In this document: positions 1 to 10,405 of the stretch, piece after piece
How positions within the stretch are numbered: the stretch's first letter is position 1
Layout: each line of letters opens with the position of its first letter
DNA from: a virus
Length of the DNA: 64,000 nt
Direction: 5' to 3' (one strand)
Virus record (IMG/VR): IMGVR_UViG_3300033145_000777
Location: 1 to 64,000 of that record
Translations under genes and position numbers: made by a program
The notes under the pieces: generated by a model
Told to the model about the DNA's origin: nothing
Databases searched by the model: none
What the model saw: only the letters and a program-made list of their open reading frames with translations

Positions 1-232
1 TGCAAGGAAGAAGCTTCTGGATAGCAATATGGTTGATCTACGGAAGATCGCAAAATCACAGGACCTGTCCAATTACTCTAGCCTAAAGAAGACAGAGCTA
101 GTAGAGGCAATCCTTGCCGCTGATAACCCAGAGGTTGAGCCTGAACCCCTTGTCCCTGATGAAGGGATAAAATCAAACCCAGAGGAGGAAGTTGACCCAT
201 TACTCCAGGAAGACAGCTCAAAGAAGGAATAA
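1..232 (+). CDS. Rho-N/HeH-like domain protein, 5' truncated by the window
   Basis: LRKIAKSQDLSNYSSLKKTELVEAI matches the Rho termination factor N-terminal/HeH pattern often found after phage capsid genes. The frame is open back to the window start. Confidence 0.6.
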   Translation, partial: ARKKLLDSNMVDLRKIAKSQDLSNYSSLKKTELVEAILAADNPEVEPEPLVPDEGIKSNPEEEVDPLLQEDSSKKE

Positions 233-270
233 AGGTCTTCGTTGGGATCCCCACTACTTAAATAAAACCT

Positions 271-969
271 ATGATAAGAATAATCAAGGGGATAACTACG
301 AAACCGTTAAGGGTTTGCCGAACATGTGGTCTGGAAGCTTTTACTGAGGAAGATTTGGTAAACTTTACGAAAGAAAAACAACTCCCACATGGAAGAGGAA
401 ATCAGTGTACTAAATGCAATAATGAATATCGGAGACGAAGGTATATCCCTAGACCACCAAAATCAAAATCAAACCTACCTTATCTAAGAAAATGCAAACG
501 TTGTGGTATTGAAGCACAGACATCAGAAGACTTGAGGAAATTTATACCTCATAAAGACTGCCTTCATGGAAGACAGAATATTTGCAGAATTTGTTGGAAT
601 AGGGATCGTGCTAAGGGCGGGATATATTACGAAGCTGGGTCGAGACGATCCAAAAAATGGGCTAAAGATAACCCTGAAAGGGTTAAACAGATAAAGAAGA
701 AACATAGGATGAAAATGGTTACGATTATGGGTAAACAAGTTGCTTTTGAGGAGAATCCTAGGACTAATATTTGCTCTAAATGTGGTAAGAGATACCCTGA
801 AGAGCTGAGAAGTCAAACAACCATACATCATCTAAAATATGATCTCGAAGAGCCATTAGCTAACACGATAGAACTATGTCGTTCCTGTCACTCAAAGGAA
901 CACTCCAGAATGGCAAAAAAGGCGATAGAAATATGCAGAAAAATGGGCGTAGACTTAAATCTGGCTTAA
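271..969 (+). CDS. HNH-type endonuclease with repeated CxxC zinc motifs
   Basis: C-terminal TIHHLKYD...NTIELCRSCHSKEH HNH motif; two N-terminal CxxC...CxxC repeats. Confidence 0.75.
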   Translation: MIRIIKGITTKPLRVCRTCGLEAFTEEDLVNFTKEKQLPHGRGNQCTKCNNEYRRRRYIPRPPKSKSNLPYLRKCKRCGIEAQTSEDLRKFIPHKDCLHGRQNICRICWNRDRAKGGIYYEAGSRRSKKWAKDNPERVKQIKKKHRMKMVTIMGKQVAFEENPRTNICSKCGKRYPEELRSQTTIHHLKYDLEEPLANTIELCRSCHSKEHSRMAKKAIEICRKMGVDLNLA

Positions 970-1646
970 AGGTCATGGTCGGAATTCCGTGGCTTGCTGA
1001 TAGGGACATCTTCAGTGAATATCTTCCTAGTGCAATAGAGCACGTTGAGCGAGCAGCTGAGTATGCAGGTGTAGAGATAGAGGTTTTTAAGACAAATCCA
1101 CTTGCAGGTAAGACTCCCCCGAGGGGTAGACCAATTATGACCGCGATCACCTTGAAGCTTAATGAGATCGTTGAAGAGTTCATGAAGTCTGGTTATCCTT
1201 TTCTTTGGATTATTGATGCCGACGTCGAGGTTCCATTACACAGCCTAAAGGAATTGTTATTACTGGACGCAGATGTGGCTACTGGAGTGTACTTGTACAA
1301 GAATAATCCAGAAGGTCTCGTAATAGTTGGCGGGATTAACTACAAGCACACTATATGGCACCTGAAGCTAAATGAGGTAAGAGGTAAAATATTCGGTGAG
1401 AAGGAACAGGTTCAAGCAGGTAATGGCTGTCTCCTAGTTAGGAGAAGAGTGTTCGAGAAGCATTTCCCTACTGTCCCTCCTATACGTTTCAAGGCTCCGA
1501 TGGGTGCTCCAGGTAGTGACATCCTGTTCTTCAGGGAGGCTCAGGCTCTGGGCTTTAAGACAAGGCTGCATGGTGGAGTCCTCTGCGGACATCTGCCAGC
1601 GTCTCCGTTGAAGAGGCTTGAAGCATATCTGGAGGAAACGAAATGA
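876..1646 (+). CDS. GT-A fold glycosyltransferase (true start probably near ATG 975)
   Basis: LWIIDADV DxD motif, AGNGCLLVRRRVF, GSDILFF, LCGH. Confidence 0.75.
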   Translation: MSFLSLKGTLQNGKKGDRNMQKNGRRLKSGLKVMVGIPWLADRDIFSEYLPSAIEHVERAAEYAGVEIEVFKTNPLAGKTPPRGRPIMTAITLKLNEIVEEFMKSGYPFLWIIDADVEVPLHSLKELLLLDADVATGVYLYKNNPEGLVIVGGINYKHTIWHLKLNEVRGKIFGEKEQVQAGNGCLLVRRRVFEKHFPTVPPIRFKAPMGAPGSDILFFREAQALGFKTRLHGGVLCGHLPASPLKRLEAYLEETK

Positions 1647-1840
1647 AGATAAAAAATGCTGAAGATGGAGTTAATTATTATCTAGAAGTTTCAGATGAAG
1701 AATACGAGAAACTTCAACCATTCTTAAACCGATATGGTTTATTGGATAGGGTTCCAAAAAACATACCTAAACCCATTGAGGTTTTCGATTGGATGTTCCC
1801 TGAATTAATAGCTTCAGATAACAAGGGGATTACAAAATGA
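1643..1840 (+). CDS. hypothetical protein
   Basis: Overlapping start/stop with both neighbours. Confidence 0.5.
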   Translation: MKIKNAEDGVNYYLEVSDEEYEKLQPFLNRYGLLDRVPKNIPKPIEVFDWMFPELIASDNKGITK

Positions 1841-3285
1841 ATGTTAGTGTAATAATACCGCACTTTCAAAAACAGAAGGCGTTCCTAGACACGGCTCCTC
1901 GTCTACTCAGTCAGTTAGAGGAAGGGGATGAGGTGATAGTAGTGGATGATTGGAGTCCAGATGGATTCAACCTTGTCACTCCAAAACTGAGGATAGTTAG
2001 ACCCAAGAAGAACATCAATCACATTTACAGGCTTTCAACGTTGAGAAACCTCGGACTAGAGGAAGCCGTGAATGATACCTGTATAATCCTAGACCCTGAT
2101 TGCAAGATTGATTGGGACTTCATAGAGAAGGTGAAGAAAAGCTTCAACCCAGCCTGTGTATATGGTGGAAGGATAGATTTCCAACGAGAAGATGGTGGAG
2201 TTGACCCTGACCCAAGGACAATTAGAGGGTATCCGCTTGGGTGGATGATCTGGGGAGGATGCATGGTTTTCAGCAAGTCAAGAACCAAATTGGCACAGGT
2301 TAATGGTCAATGGTTCTCTGAAGAGTTCAATAATAGATGGGGAGTTGAGGATAACGATTTTGCTAACAGGTGCTATCACTCAGGCATGGTTTTGGTGTAC
2401 GCAAAGGAATTGAGTTGTCTACACCTATACCATGAAAGGAGTTTCGTTGGAGCCCACATAAACCAGGGAATTGCAGCAAATAACTTGAGGGACTATACGA
2501 CAAGTCTCAACCAAGTATCTGACTACAAGCCCAGAGTAGGGGTGTTGGTTGTCACTATGATGAGACCAGCTTTCCTCGAACAGTGTCTATACAGTTTAGC
2601 TAGGGTCAAAATTCCGATCAAGATATACCTCGTGAATCAGGGAGACAAGTCCGACGAGACTATGGCTGTGATAAATAAGTGGCGTCAGAAGTGGTCTGTA
2701 ACGTACAAGGAAAACGATTCCATCGAGGGATTAGCAGCTATGAAGCGGTGGGGTATGCAACTCATGAAGACTGAGGGCATGGAATACACTGTGATCATAG
2801 ATGATGACGTCTGCCTAATCGGGAACTGCCTAGAGAACCTAGTTCAGATCGCGGATATGAACCCACATCTACATAGCATCTCCGGGTGGCTAGATGAGGG
2901 CGTATCAAAACGGATGCTAGGAGGAAACAGCATTACAGTTCCTGAAGGCGTCAGTTATCCTCGAATGAAAATCATACCGGGGTTGCAAGAGGTTGAGTGG
3001 GTTGGAGGAGGATTCACATTACACAGACTAGACCCGATGGTGCTCCATGACCCAGCCTACCTCATCGGATTAGAGGACTTTGACTACTCAAAAGAATTGA
3101 AGAGAAGAGGTCTAAGATGTGCAGTATTCGGAGGTGCTGGAGCACTGCATAAACTTCTGATTAAAGATGGTCAAGCACAAAGACAGGGAGCAAAAGGGAA
3201 ATACCTAGCAATACGGATGGATAGGAAAAGGATTCGGCATAGCCAAGAACATTTCGAAGAAAAATGGGGATTCGAGGTCGTTTAA
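1837..3285 (+). CDS. two-domain GT2 family glycosyltransferase
   Basis: VSVIIP, VIVVDDWS, LDPD, WGVEDNDF; second domain with VIIDDD and LEDFDYS. Confidence 0.85.
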   Translation: MNVSVIIPHFQKQKAFLDTAPRLLSQLEEGDEVIVVDDWSPDGFNLVTPKLRIVRPKKNINHIYRLSTLRNLGLEEAVNDTCIILDPDCKIDWDFIEKVKKSFNPACVYGGRIDFQREDGGVDPDPRTIRGYPLGWMIWGGCMVFSKSRTKLAQVNGQWFSEEFNNRWGVEDNDFANRCYHSGMVLVYAKELSCLHLYHERSFVGAHINQGIAANNLRDYTTSLNQVSDYKPRVGVLVVTMMRPAFLEQCLYSLARVKIPIKIYLVNQGDKSDETMAVINKWRQKWSVTYKENDSIEGLAAMKRWGMQLMKTEGMEYTVIIDDDVCLIGNCLENLVQIADMNPHLHSISGWLDEGVSKRMLGGNSITVPEGVSYPRMKIIPGLQEVEWVGGGFTLHRLDPMVLHDPAYLIGLEDFDYSKELKRRGLRCAVFGGAGALHKLLIKDGQAQRQGAKGKYLAIRMDRKRIRHSQEHFEEKWGFEVV

Positions 3286-3288
3286 TCA

Positions 3289-4293
3289 ATGGTAAATATT
3301 CTATTTCTAAGGAGAAACACAGAGGACTTAACGGGTGCTTTAAAGAATTATCATCAGTTCTGTCTCGAAGTAGCTAAGATCGCTGAATGCAAATTCGCAG
3401 GAGAGGGCTGGCCGCTTCACATCAAGGGTGAACCCATAGATAAAACAGTCAAAAGGTTATACGGGGATGATTCACCAGATTGGGTTATAGATAGTGATCT
3501 CGGTGGATTCAAACCAGTACATAACAGGAGCTACAGGTTTGGGGCATTCATAAGTGATCTTCATGGCAAATACAGTTACGAAATCCATTCACCAGGAGGA
3601 TTCATAAACCTAATAAAATACGCAGGGTACGACGCTGTGTTCTCAAAGTACAGGTTCATCTTTGGTCGTGGAGTACTCCCCCATATATTCGTTCAGAGGT
3701 TAGGGAAAACCTTGGTCTTCTTGCCTTGGAGTGCAGGGTATGATGAGTTCCAACCAGAAGCAATGAAGATGTTTGATGTGGCTTTCCTCGGCTCAGTTGG
3801 AGGAGTCTACGATTTTAGAAACATGTTGAAGAATCAGTTAGCTGGGTTCTGTAAAGCGAATAACTTGAGACTGATATGGAAGGAACCAGTGAACAAGTCT
3901 CTATGGGATATTAAAAATATTGACTACTCTAGAAGCGCAAAACACTTCTACGGGTCAAGGTACGCTGAAATCTTGAATCACAGCAGGTCCCTAATCCTCG
4001 GATGTAGCACCTACAAATACCCACTACTCAAGCTCTTTGAAGGTTTAGCTGCTGGGTGTCTCGTTATGAGCACGAGACCAAGCTCCGCAGAGGAACTAGG
4101 CTTCGTTGACGGCGAGACCTATGTTGAGGTAGACAAAAACAACTGGAAGAAGAAACTTGTATACTACAGTATACACAAAGACGAGGCTGACAGGATAGCA
4201 TTGAACGGTAGGAAACTATTCGAGGAGAGGCATACTAGGGAGATCAGGGCCCGCGAGTTTGTTGCTGTACTGGAGGGCTTTAACGATGATTGA
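3289..4293 (+). CDS. GT-B glycosyltransferase (CgeB / Glyco_trans_1_2-like)
   Basis: DVAFLGS, KLFEGLAAGCLVMS, IALNGRKLFEERHT C-terminus. Confidence 0.8.
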   Translation: MVNILFLRRNTEDLTGALKNYHQFCLEVAKIAECKFAGEGWPLHIKGEPIDKTVKRLYGDDSPDWVIDSDLGGFKPVHNRSYRFGAFISDLHGKYSYEIHSPGGFINLIKYAGYDAVFSKYRFIFGRGVLPHIFVQRLGKTLVFLPWSAGYDEFQPEAMKMFDVAFLGSVGGVYDFRNMLKNQLAGFCKANNLRLIWKEPVNKSLWDIKNIDYSRSAKHFYGSRYAEILNHSRSLILGCSTYKYPLLKLFEGLAAGCLVMSTRPSSAEELGFVDGETYVEVDKNNWKKKLVYYSIHKDEADRIALNGRKLFEERHTREIRAREFVAVLEGFNDD

Positions 4294-5110
4294 AGGAGTA
4301 AAATTCCAGAGCAACATAGTTAATCCAGTTATGACGGTTGTAGTGCCTGTGAGGAATCTGGGAGGAGCAAGGCTATTCAACTGCCTAACCTCATTGAAAC
4401 AACAGACTCTGAAAGACGTCGAGCTTATCATTGCAGACTACGGTTCCTCTTCTGAAGGATTCAAAGGCTTGATGGCTATTGCTAACCAATTCGACTGTAC
4501 GGTGTACAGATGTGAGACTAATTTCGTTTGGAGTCTATCAATAGCGAGGAACATCGGCATAAGGTTAGCTCTAGGAAAATACGTTGCAACAGTAGATGCA
4601 GATGTTCTATTAGAGCCCAAGGTGTTAGAAACTACACTGGAAACCCATAGCAGAAGAGAAAGATCCATCATAGTGAGCACAGTACATTATCTCCCAAAAC
4701 TAGACCTAGATGACATCAAACTCCCTAGAGACTTTCCCAAGTTTGCAAAAATCGGTAAAAACCCAGGATGGGGCTTTGGGGCATTCATGTCCACCTCAAG
4801 GAGTTGGTGGCATAAGGTCAGAGGGTTTAATGAGAAGATGAAGGGATGGGGTGCTGAGGATGATGAAATTCTCTTTAGGGCTAAACTAGATAAGCGTCAG
4901 AAAATAATGATCCAAGAACTAGATGGATTCACTCTGTCAAAGGTGTATCATCAGTATCATCCGAAGCCTTGGCTTGTAAAGTCTGGTCAGATGACGATTC
5001 AGGCTCACGATAAATTCGCTGCTGCAAACACACATCTGTACAGGAAAACTTACAGGGGAGGAATCATAAAAAACGATGAAAAGACATGGGGTGGCAGAGA
5101 TGAAGATTAG
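4259..5110 (+). CDS. GT2 glycosyltransferase with GT7C-like C-terminal motif
   Basis: TVVVPVRN, IADYGS, ARNIG, VDADV, GFNEKMKGWGAEDDE. Confidence 0.85.
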   Translation: MLLYWRALTMIEGVKFQSNIVNPVMTVVVPVRNLGGARLFNCLTSLKQQTLKDVELIIADYGSSSEGFKGLMAIANQFDCTVYRCETNFVWSLSIARNIGIRLALGKYVATVDADVLLEPKVLETTLETHSRRERSIIVSTVHYLPKLDLDDIKLPRDFPKFAKIGKNPGWGFGAFMSTSRSWWHKVRGFNEKMKGWGAEDDEILFRAKLDKRQKIMIQELDGFTLSKVYHQYHPKPWLVKSGQMTIQAHDKFAAANTHLYRKTYRGGIIKNDEKTWGGRDED

Positions 5111-5972
5111 CTCAAGTATCATGTGTTGGAATGAGTCAAAAACTATTGACCTTGCTCTAAAGAGCTTAGTAGGGTTCGCAGACGAGGTTATGGTTACTGA
5201 CACTGGTAGCATTGATGGAACCCAGAAACTGGCTGAAGAGTGGATGCAAATCCTTGACCTAAGTGGTGAGGTGAGAACCATCAAACCGAAAGGAGGTGAT
5301 GATCTCATGAATGTGAGACTAGCTGCTTGGATGGCATGTTCAGGAGATTGGGTTCTTATGCACGATGCTCAGTTGGTTCTATCAAACGCATTGAAGGATG
5401 AGATGAAACACCATGCAAAGAATTACGGCAAATATTCCTTAGATGTTAAAAGTTTGAACCTGATGGGTGACTATGAACATTTCTTCAGTAACCGACAATT
5501 TATGGCATATCATAGAATCTTCTCACAGAGGAACCATGAATACGAGTTTGCCTATAAGACAAGACCACACTTCATCGGTGCTCATAGACCAGCTACACAC
5601 CACGCATTCAACCTAAGCCGTGTTCGACCTGCATGGAGGAGTTGGTATCGAGGAGAGCCTTTTGATAGAAGGTCCTACAAGACAGGTCAAAAGGTTGGCG
5701 CAGGCAATTATAACCGACAGTATCAGTGGCTTAAAACCAGCGAAGATCAATCTCTGATTGAGCACACCGAAAGGACTGAAGGCTTGTCCTTGGAGGATGT
5801 GAGGGAGATAGCTCCAAGTTGGTATCTGAGGCAGTTACAGACTGAAGCAACACCACTCCCACCCTCGCTTAGGAGTACACTAGCTGAGGTCTTGAAGAAG
5901 GAGTTAGAGAACCCCAGGTACAAGCTTGAAAAGAGTAACGGAGAGATTTACGGTAGGTGGCCTGAACTGTGA
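5076..5972 (+). CDS. GT2 glycosyltransferase
   Basis: IMCWNES, DEVMVTDTGSIDGT, DWVLMHDA. Confidence 0.8.
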   Translation: MKRHGVAEMKISSSIMCWNESKTIDLALKSLVGFADEVMVTDTGSIDGTQKLAEEWMQILDLSGEVRTIKPKGGDDLMNVRLAAWMACSGDWVLMHDAQLVLSNALKDEMKHHAKNYGKYSLDVKSLNLMGDYEHFFSNRQFMAYHRIFSQRNHEYEFAYKTRPHFIGAHRPATHHAFNLSRVRPAWRSWYRGEPFDRRSYKTGQKVGAGNYNRQYQWLKTSEDQSLIEHTERTEGLSLEDVREIAPSWYLRQLQTEATPLPPSLRSTLAEVLKKELENPRYKLEKSNGEIYGRWPEL

Positions 5973-6616
5973 AAGCAATCATTCTAGCAGCTGGAGAAAC
6001 CAAAACCAGTTATGGCTTCCCACCTGACTCTAAACCGAAGTGTCTATTCCACGTTGATGGAAAGGTGCTTCTCAAAGGAATCGTTGACTCTCTGAGAGAG
6101 GGTGGAGTATCGGACATCAGTATAGTTGTTGGGTACAAGAATAGACAGATTTGGACATTTGATAAAGAGCACGATCTTGGTCTTAAATTTATTTATAACC
6201 CCCGCTGGGAAGTAGATGCCGTACATTCTCTCATTATTGGGTTAGAAGGTGTCGAGGATGATGTTCTGATCATGTACAGTGACATCAGATTCGAGCCCTC
6301 ATTGGTTGAAGCCTTCTTAAAATCAGATAAGCCAATCACTTTGGCGACGGTGGTTCCGGTTATTAAACCAGACGGCTACGGGTTTGCTGGGATCCTCAGG
6401 GTATCCAAGGACATGATAAATATCTTCCAAATACCCTACCCTAGGCAACCAAATCAAGTGCAGGGAATTAGACTAGCCCACTTCATTACTCATGAAGCAA
6501 TACGCCCACACTCAAAAGAGAGGGAAGGTCAAGTCAAGGTCATACAATGGGCGGTACCCATCTCTGACACCGACTATTATAACATGACAGACGAACACAG
6601 GAGATTGTCAAATTGA
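5969..6616 (+). CDS. NTP transferase (LicC-like phosphocholine/sugar-phosphate nucleotidyltransferase)
   Basis: MKAIILAAG, KPKCL, IVVGYK, YSD. Confidence 0.8.
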   Translation: MKAIILAAGETKTSYGFPPDSKPKCLFHVDGKVLLKGIVDSLREGGVSDISIVVGYKNRQIWTFDKEHDLGLKFIYNPRWEVDAVHSLIIGLEGVEDDVLIMYSDIRFEPSLVEAFLKSDKPITLATVVPVIKPDGYGFAGILRVSKDMINIFQIPYPRQPNQVQGIRLAHFITHEAIRPHSKEREGQVKVIQWAVPISDTDYYNMTDEHRRLSN

Positions 6617-7293
6617 CAATAGGGTATTCGTTCTTCGTTGGAGACCTGTTCCACGTTGGACATTTGAACCAGATCGAGCTAGGAAAGAAGGAATGCGACT
6701 ACTTGATAGTAGGCATTCTCTCAGATGAGGCTGTCGAGTCTTACAAAAGGAAACCAGTCATACCGCTGTTTGAACGGGTTAGAATATTCAAAGCCCTTAG
6801 AGGAGTGGACTTGGTTGTTGTCCAGAATGAAAAAGACCCCACAAGCACCTTGCAGAGCCTGTTCGATATGGGTATAAAGGTGGACGTTCTACTTCATGGA
6901 GATGATTGGTGCGACGTACCTGGGAAAGGCTGGATAGAGCTACATGGAGGGAAGATGGTGCAGCCACCGTATTACCCTGATCAATCAACGTCTAGAATCA
7001 TCGAACAGATCAAGGGGATTAAGATAATGAATTGTGATCTTTGCGACGAGATGGGGAATAATAATAAACCAGCAACTAAAGGAGATAGTTTCATCTGTTG
7101 GGGAAAACTTAAAACCCCAATAATCGAGTCATTCGACGGAAAGGAACATAAAAACACCCACAGTCTTTGCTTTAACACACCGAAAAAAGGACACGTTCAT
7201 TTATTCATAAACCTACTAGATGCTGGTGTTTTAACACAAGCTATGGGTGAAATTGTCGAAGATGGTGTGAGAGACATCTTTCATAAACTATGA
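6613..7293 (+). CDS. HxGH cytidylyltransferase (TagD/RfaE-II-like) with C-terminal extension
   Basis: DLFHVGHLN, LIVGILSD, YKRKP, HGDDW, STSRII. Confidence 0.85.
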   Translation: MTIGYSFFVGDLFHVGHLNQIELGKKECDYLIVGILSDEAVESYKRKPVIPLFERVRIFKALRGVDLVVVQNEKDPTSTLQSLFDMGIKVDVLLHGDDWCDVPGKGWIELHGGKMVQPPYYPDQSTSRIIEQIKGIKIMNCDLCDEMGNNNKPATKGDSFICWGKLKTPIIESFDGKEHKNTHSLCFNTPKKGHVHLFINLLDAGVLTQAMGEIVEDGVRDIFHKL

Positions 7294-7313
7294 TACTTTA
7301 AGGAGAAAAGAAA

Positions 7314-7658
7314 ATGAACATCGTTGAAACCATTTGGTGGGTACTGATCGCGTACACCACGTTCATCAGAATGAAGTACCTCTGGCTAGGAAACAAGGTC
7401 AGAAGAACCAAGTCCACTGAGTCCATATCCACCAAAGCGATCCTGCATACTCATATCGAGTACTGGATTATGTTCGCGCACAACCTGAACATCTCGGACT
7501 TGAAAGACCAGATATTCTGGGGGTTCGGTATCTTCACGACGATGTTCACAGTAGTAATGCTTTGGAGGCACCGCGAAGACCAAGAGGACAACCTCAGGCA
7601 ATGGCTATGGAAGGGACTTCTCGGTAAACTCAAGAATGAAGGAGGAATACTAGGATGA
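7314..7658 (+). CDS. small membrane protein, PQ-loop/SemiSWEET-like
   Basis: Hydrophobic segments with RRTKSTESIS resembling the PQ-loop motif. Confidence 0.45.
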   Translation: MNIVETIWWVLIAYTTFIRMKYLWLGNKVRRTKSTESISTKAILHTHIEYWIMFAHNLNISDLKDQIFWGFGIFTTMFTVVMLWRHREDQEDNLRQWLWKGLLGKLKNEGGILG

Positions 7659-8485
7659 ATTATCAAGACTTTTTCGGAGTACGAGGGTTCCACTCCCTCG
7701 TATTCGGCTTAACTAATCAATGCAACCTGCACTGTGAGAAATGCAGCGGGATGTTCAACTTCCCCATTGACCCAGAATCACCATACCCAAACAGAAGGAC
7801 TTCATGGCAGCTCCCTGTGAGTGACGTTGAAACATTCTGTGAAAAATTCAAAGGAATAGGGGAGGAAAACAACCATCGTCTAACTGGAGGAGAACCAACT
7901 GCTATTGCACCTGAGCTATTCGAGGAGATAGTTGAGGTCCTCCACTCATACGGAAGGCGCGTCACCATCATAACAAACGGGTTCGGGTTGATGGACATAG
8001 ACCATGCTACTCTGAACCAGATAAGCACGATCTTCTTGAACGATCATGGCATAAACCATGAACACGTTGAGAATTGCGTCAAGTACTTGAAACCCTTCTA
8101 CAAGGGAGCCATAGGAAGGGACTCGAACACCTACCACTTCGATCTATGGAAAGCAAAGGACGATCAATCGAATAAAGGTAAGAAGTGTGGTATGTGGATG
8201 ACCTTACCGACTCTGCTTAGAGGAGTGTTCTATCCATGCTGTAATATGCCTCTCATAGGGGAGTTCGACCAGAACCCGGACATCCACAACAGCTTCATGT
8301 CTGCTGGATGGGCTCTCAATGATGTGGATATAGTTCATAACTTGAGGAATTGGCGTAAGACCATTCCAAGATACGCTGTAGATCAGTGCATGGATAATTG
8401 TTGGCAACCTAACCCCAGTGTAGGTGGACGCTTCGACATAACCTCCAAACCCAACGACGTCATTAAAAGAGGGACACTGGAATGA
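7655..8485 (+). CDS. radical SAM protein with Cys-containing C-terminal domain
   Basis: CNLHCEKC, LTGGEP, ITNG, C-terminal YPCC and CMDNC. Confidence 0.85.
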   Translation: MNYQDFFGVRGFHSLVFGLTNQCNLHCEKCSGMFNFPIDPESPYPNRRTSWQLPVSDVETFCEKFKGIGEENNHRLTGGEPTAIAPELFEEIVEVLHSYGRRVTIITNGFGLMDIDHATLNQISTIFLNDHGINHEHVENCVKYLKPFYKGAIGRDSNTYHFDLWKAKDDQSNKGKKCGMWMTLPTLLRGVFYPCCNMPLIGEFDQNPDIHNSFMSAGWALNDVDIVHNLRNWRKTIPRYAVDQCMDNCWQPNPSVGGRFDITSKPNDVIKRGTLE

Positions 8486-8808
8486 ATTTTGATGAATTAA
8501 GTAGCGAACTTAATACCATAATTGATGGTCTGGTTGGTCCTAACAACGAAGTGGAACCTCCTTATGATGCTTTACGTAGATGGCAAACAAAATTTAACCT
8601 GTTTTCTACAGATGTAGAGTCTAAGAAAACCAGCCCTGTAATGATTATTAACCTAAAGGATATGGAAGACGGGTTAGCGGTTTACTTAAAACTTCTTAAT
8701 GAAGTTGAACGGTTTGGGGTTTCAAGAGACTCGTGTACATTTACATGGATTGATGATAATTCAAAGCAGACAGTAAACGGCCTAAAAGACGGAAGGAAAC
8801 AGGTTTGA
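8482..8808 (+). CDS. hypothetical protein
   Basis: Translationally coupled ORF. Confidence 0.45.
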   Translation: MNFDELSSELNTIIDGLVGPNNEVEPPYDALRRWQTKFNLFSTDVESKKTSPVMIINLKDMEDGLAVYLKLLNEVERFGVSRDSCTFTWIDDNSKQTVNGLKDGRKQV

Positions 8809-9809
8809 AGGTTCTATTCACTACAGTAAATCGGTTGAACCTAGTCTGCATGGACTTCTTAGCTCAACTGGAGCTAGAGTTTGGAGAAATCACTGAATGT
8901 AAATGGGCTGGTCAAGGACACCCCTTATTCCGTGAGGGTGAGAACATGAGTCAAACGGTGAGTCGAGTAATGCCTGACGCTGATTGGGTTATTACGTGTG
9001 GTAGACCACCTGAAATCGTCAAGGGTAAGCGTAGCTACAAGGTTGCATTGGTTGTAGGCGATCTACATGGTAACTCCGTTCTTGGAGTAAACATGATGGG
9101 CTTCATAAATCACATCAACAACGCTGGTCTAGACGCAGTTCTATTGATGTACACCCAGATCGCTAAACCCAAAGGTCCACCACCGAAAGGCTTCACACCC
9201 AGGATATTCCTTGAAAGGTTGACTATGCCGATATTCCACATGCCGCCAAGTATCAACCCTGAGCTGTTCAAGCCAATAGATAAGCAAAAGGAACACGACG
9301 TCGCGTTCTTAGCTTCTCACTGGCCGTCAGTCTATCCCTTCAGACACAGGATATGGAATGGACTCAGACCACTGGCTGAAGAACATGGCTGGAAAATAAT
9401 AATGAGGGCTAGACCACAAGGTGACTCACTCAAAAGAAACATTGACCAGTACATCGAGAACGGGTTCATAGTAGGTCCCAAATACGCTGAAACTCTTGCA
9501 TTAACCAAGGTCTTCATATTCGGGCTAGGGCAATTCAAGTACCCCACTACCAAGTTCGCTGAAGGAATGGCGAGTAGAACCTGCATTATGACTGACCCAT
9601 GCTTAACGGCTGAGGAGCTTCATTTTATCCCAGATTGGAACTTTGTCAATATAACGCCCAAAAACTGGAAAGAAAAACTGGTTTATTACGTTAAAAATGA
9701 CGGGGAAAGGGAGGAAATTACTCAAAACGGGTATAATACCTTTTTGAAGTATCATACAAACGAGGTTAGAGCCAAGCAGTTACAAGGGTTCTTGGAGGAA
9801 CACCGATGA
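8805..9809 (+). CDS. GT-B glycosyltransferase (CgeB-like), paralog of 3289..4293
   Basis: Same length (334 aa) and shared motifs: ECKWAGQGHPL, DLHG, DVAFL, YPFR, KYP, NWKEKLVYY. Confidence 0.8.
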   Translation: MKVLFTTVNRLNLVCMDFLAQLELEFGEITECKWAGQGHPLFREGENMSQTVSRVMPDADWVITCGRPPEIVKGKRSYKVALVVGDLHGNSVLGVNMMGFINHINNAGLDAVLLMYTQIAKPKGPPPKGFTPRIFLERLTMPIFHMPPSINPELFKPIDKQKEHDVAFLASHWPSVYPFRHRIWNGLRPLAEEHGWKIIMRARPQGDSLKRNIDQYIENGFIVGPKYAETLALTKVFIFGLGQFKYPTTKFAEGMASRTCIMTDPCLTAEELHFIPDWNFVNITPKNWKEKLVYYVKNDGEREEITQNGYNTFLKYHTNEVRAKQLQGFLEEHR

Positions 9810-10402
9810 AGCTGAGTTTTGATCGTCCTGTTTTCCTCGGAGCTCACCCTGATGATAACTGCATTGGTGCAGGAGGGATCATGTCCAGGCTTAGGGGCTC
9901 AGAGTTTCACTGCTACACATTCTCATGTAATAACCAATTAAGGGAGTTTGAATGGGTGACAGCAATGGATTACCTTCAGCCAACCTCTAGTAAATTACTC
10001 CAGCTCAAAGGAGACGCATTGCCGGATCATCGTTACGAGATTAGAAAAGTGCTAGAGGAAATCAAAGACCTGATTGACCCCGACGTCGTTTTCACGCACA
10101 GTCTGAATAGCGTTCATCAAAGTCACATAGCTCTCGTTGAGGAAACTGAGAGGATAATGAGGAACGTCACGATACTCGGACACGCTGGGGTAAAATCAGG
10201 ACCCAGGTTCGTACCCAACTTTTTCATTGAACTAAGCAGGGAAGAACTTGATGAGAAACTGAAACTAATCAAGTTTCATAAGTCTGAAGGGAAGAAATAT
10301 TTCACTCAGCCCGACCTCATTGAAGCAGTGGCTAGGTACACTGGTGGAAGAATAGGCGTAGAGTACGCGGAAGGATTCGACGTCCTTAGAATAAAGGTGT
10401 AA
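9806..10402 (+). CDS. PIG-L/LmbE family deacetylase
   Basis: GAHPDD, PDVVFTH, HQSH, YAEGF. Confidence 0.85.
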   Translation: MKLSFDRPVFLGAHPDDNCIGAGGIMSRLRGSEFHCYTFSCNNQLREFEWVTAMDYLQPTSSKLLQLKGDALPDHRYEIRKVLEEIKDLIDPDVVFTHSLNSVHQSHIALVEETERIMRNVTILGHAGVKSGPRFVPNFFIELSREELDEKLKLIKFHKSEGKKYFTQPDLIEAVARYTGGRIGVEYAEGFDVLRIKV

Positions 10403-10405
10403 GAT

